Assembly (NCBI GenBank): GCA_011109175.1
Contig: RDEW01000023.1
Location: 221,225 to 285,224 of the forward strand
DNA length: 64,000 bases
Direction: 5' to 3'
DNA from: Dicyema japonicum
Lineage: Eukaryota; Animalia; Dicyemida
This document shows positions 63,830-64,000 of the stretch, piece by piece; within the stretch, counting starts at the first letter, position 1; each line of letters begins with the position of its first letter. Position numbers and translations under genes: made by a program. Under the pieces are notes generated by a model. The model saw nothing but the letters and a program-made list of their open reading frames with translations. It was not told where the DNA came from and ran no database searches.

Positions 63830-64000
63830 ATTTAACAACGAACTTATCCCAGTGGTTAAATTCCCCAAAATCCTTGGGTCACGTCACTCAGTTTTAAAAA
63901 ACATATTGAAGAACTTTGGCCACTCGAACGGCCAGCAAAATGAGTGTCTTACCATATTGTACAAGCAATTCATTAGGACGGCACTAAATTATGCTTCCCT
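63830..64000 (+). mobile_element. LINE RT C-terminal fragment
   Basis: PKILG and LYKQFIRTALNYAS motifs. Confidence 0.55.

Overview
AT-rich eukaryotic, most likely metazoan, genomic DNA. Ten small host-gene islands are embedded in nested, deleted transposon remnants. The remnants include RTE and I/Jockey-type APE LINEs, CRE-like and R4/Dong-like RLE retrotransposons, Tigger/pogo, hAT and MULE DNA transposons, and a tRNA-headed SINE. Host genes were reconstructed by hand: tetraspanin (two apparently identical copies), FAM102/EEIG1-like, SLC52 riboflavin transporter, a Cys-less pentameric ligand-gated channel, a divergent cullin, an RPRD1-like CID protein, a class I Rab11-FIP-like protein, TMEM9 and DDB1. 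The dominant signal is that all these genes are split by ultra-short introns (mostly 22-24 nt, about 21-28 nt overall) with almost no consensus beyond GT..AG, which explains the fragmented ORF track. This fits a dicyemid-like miniaturised animal, but that assignment is inference. Single-base indels in otherwise intact genes, including DDB1, suggest consensus errors in the assembly. TE boundaries are approximate unless TIRs are cited, and no database searches were run.
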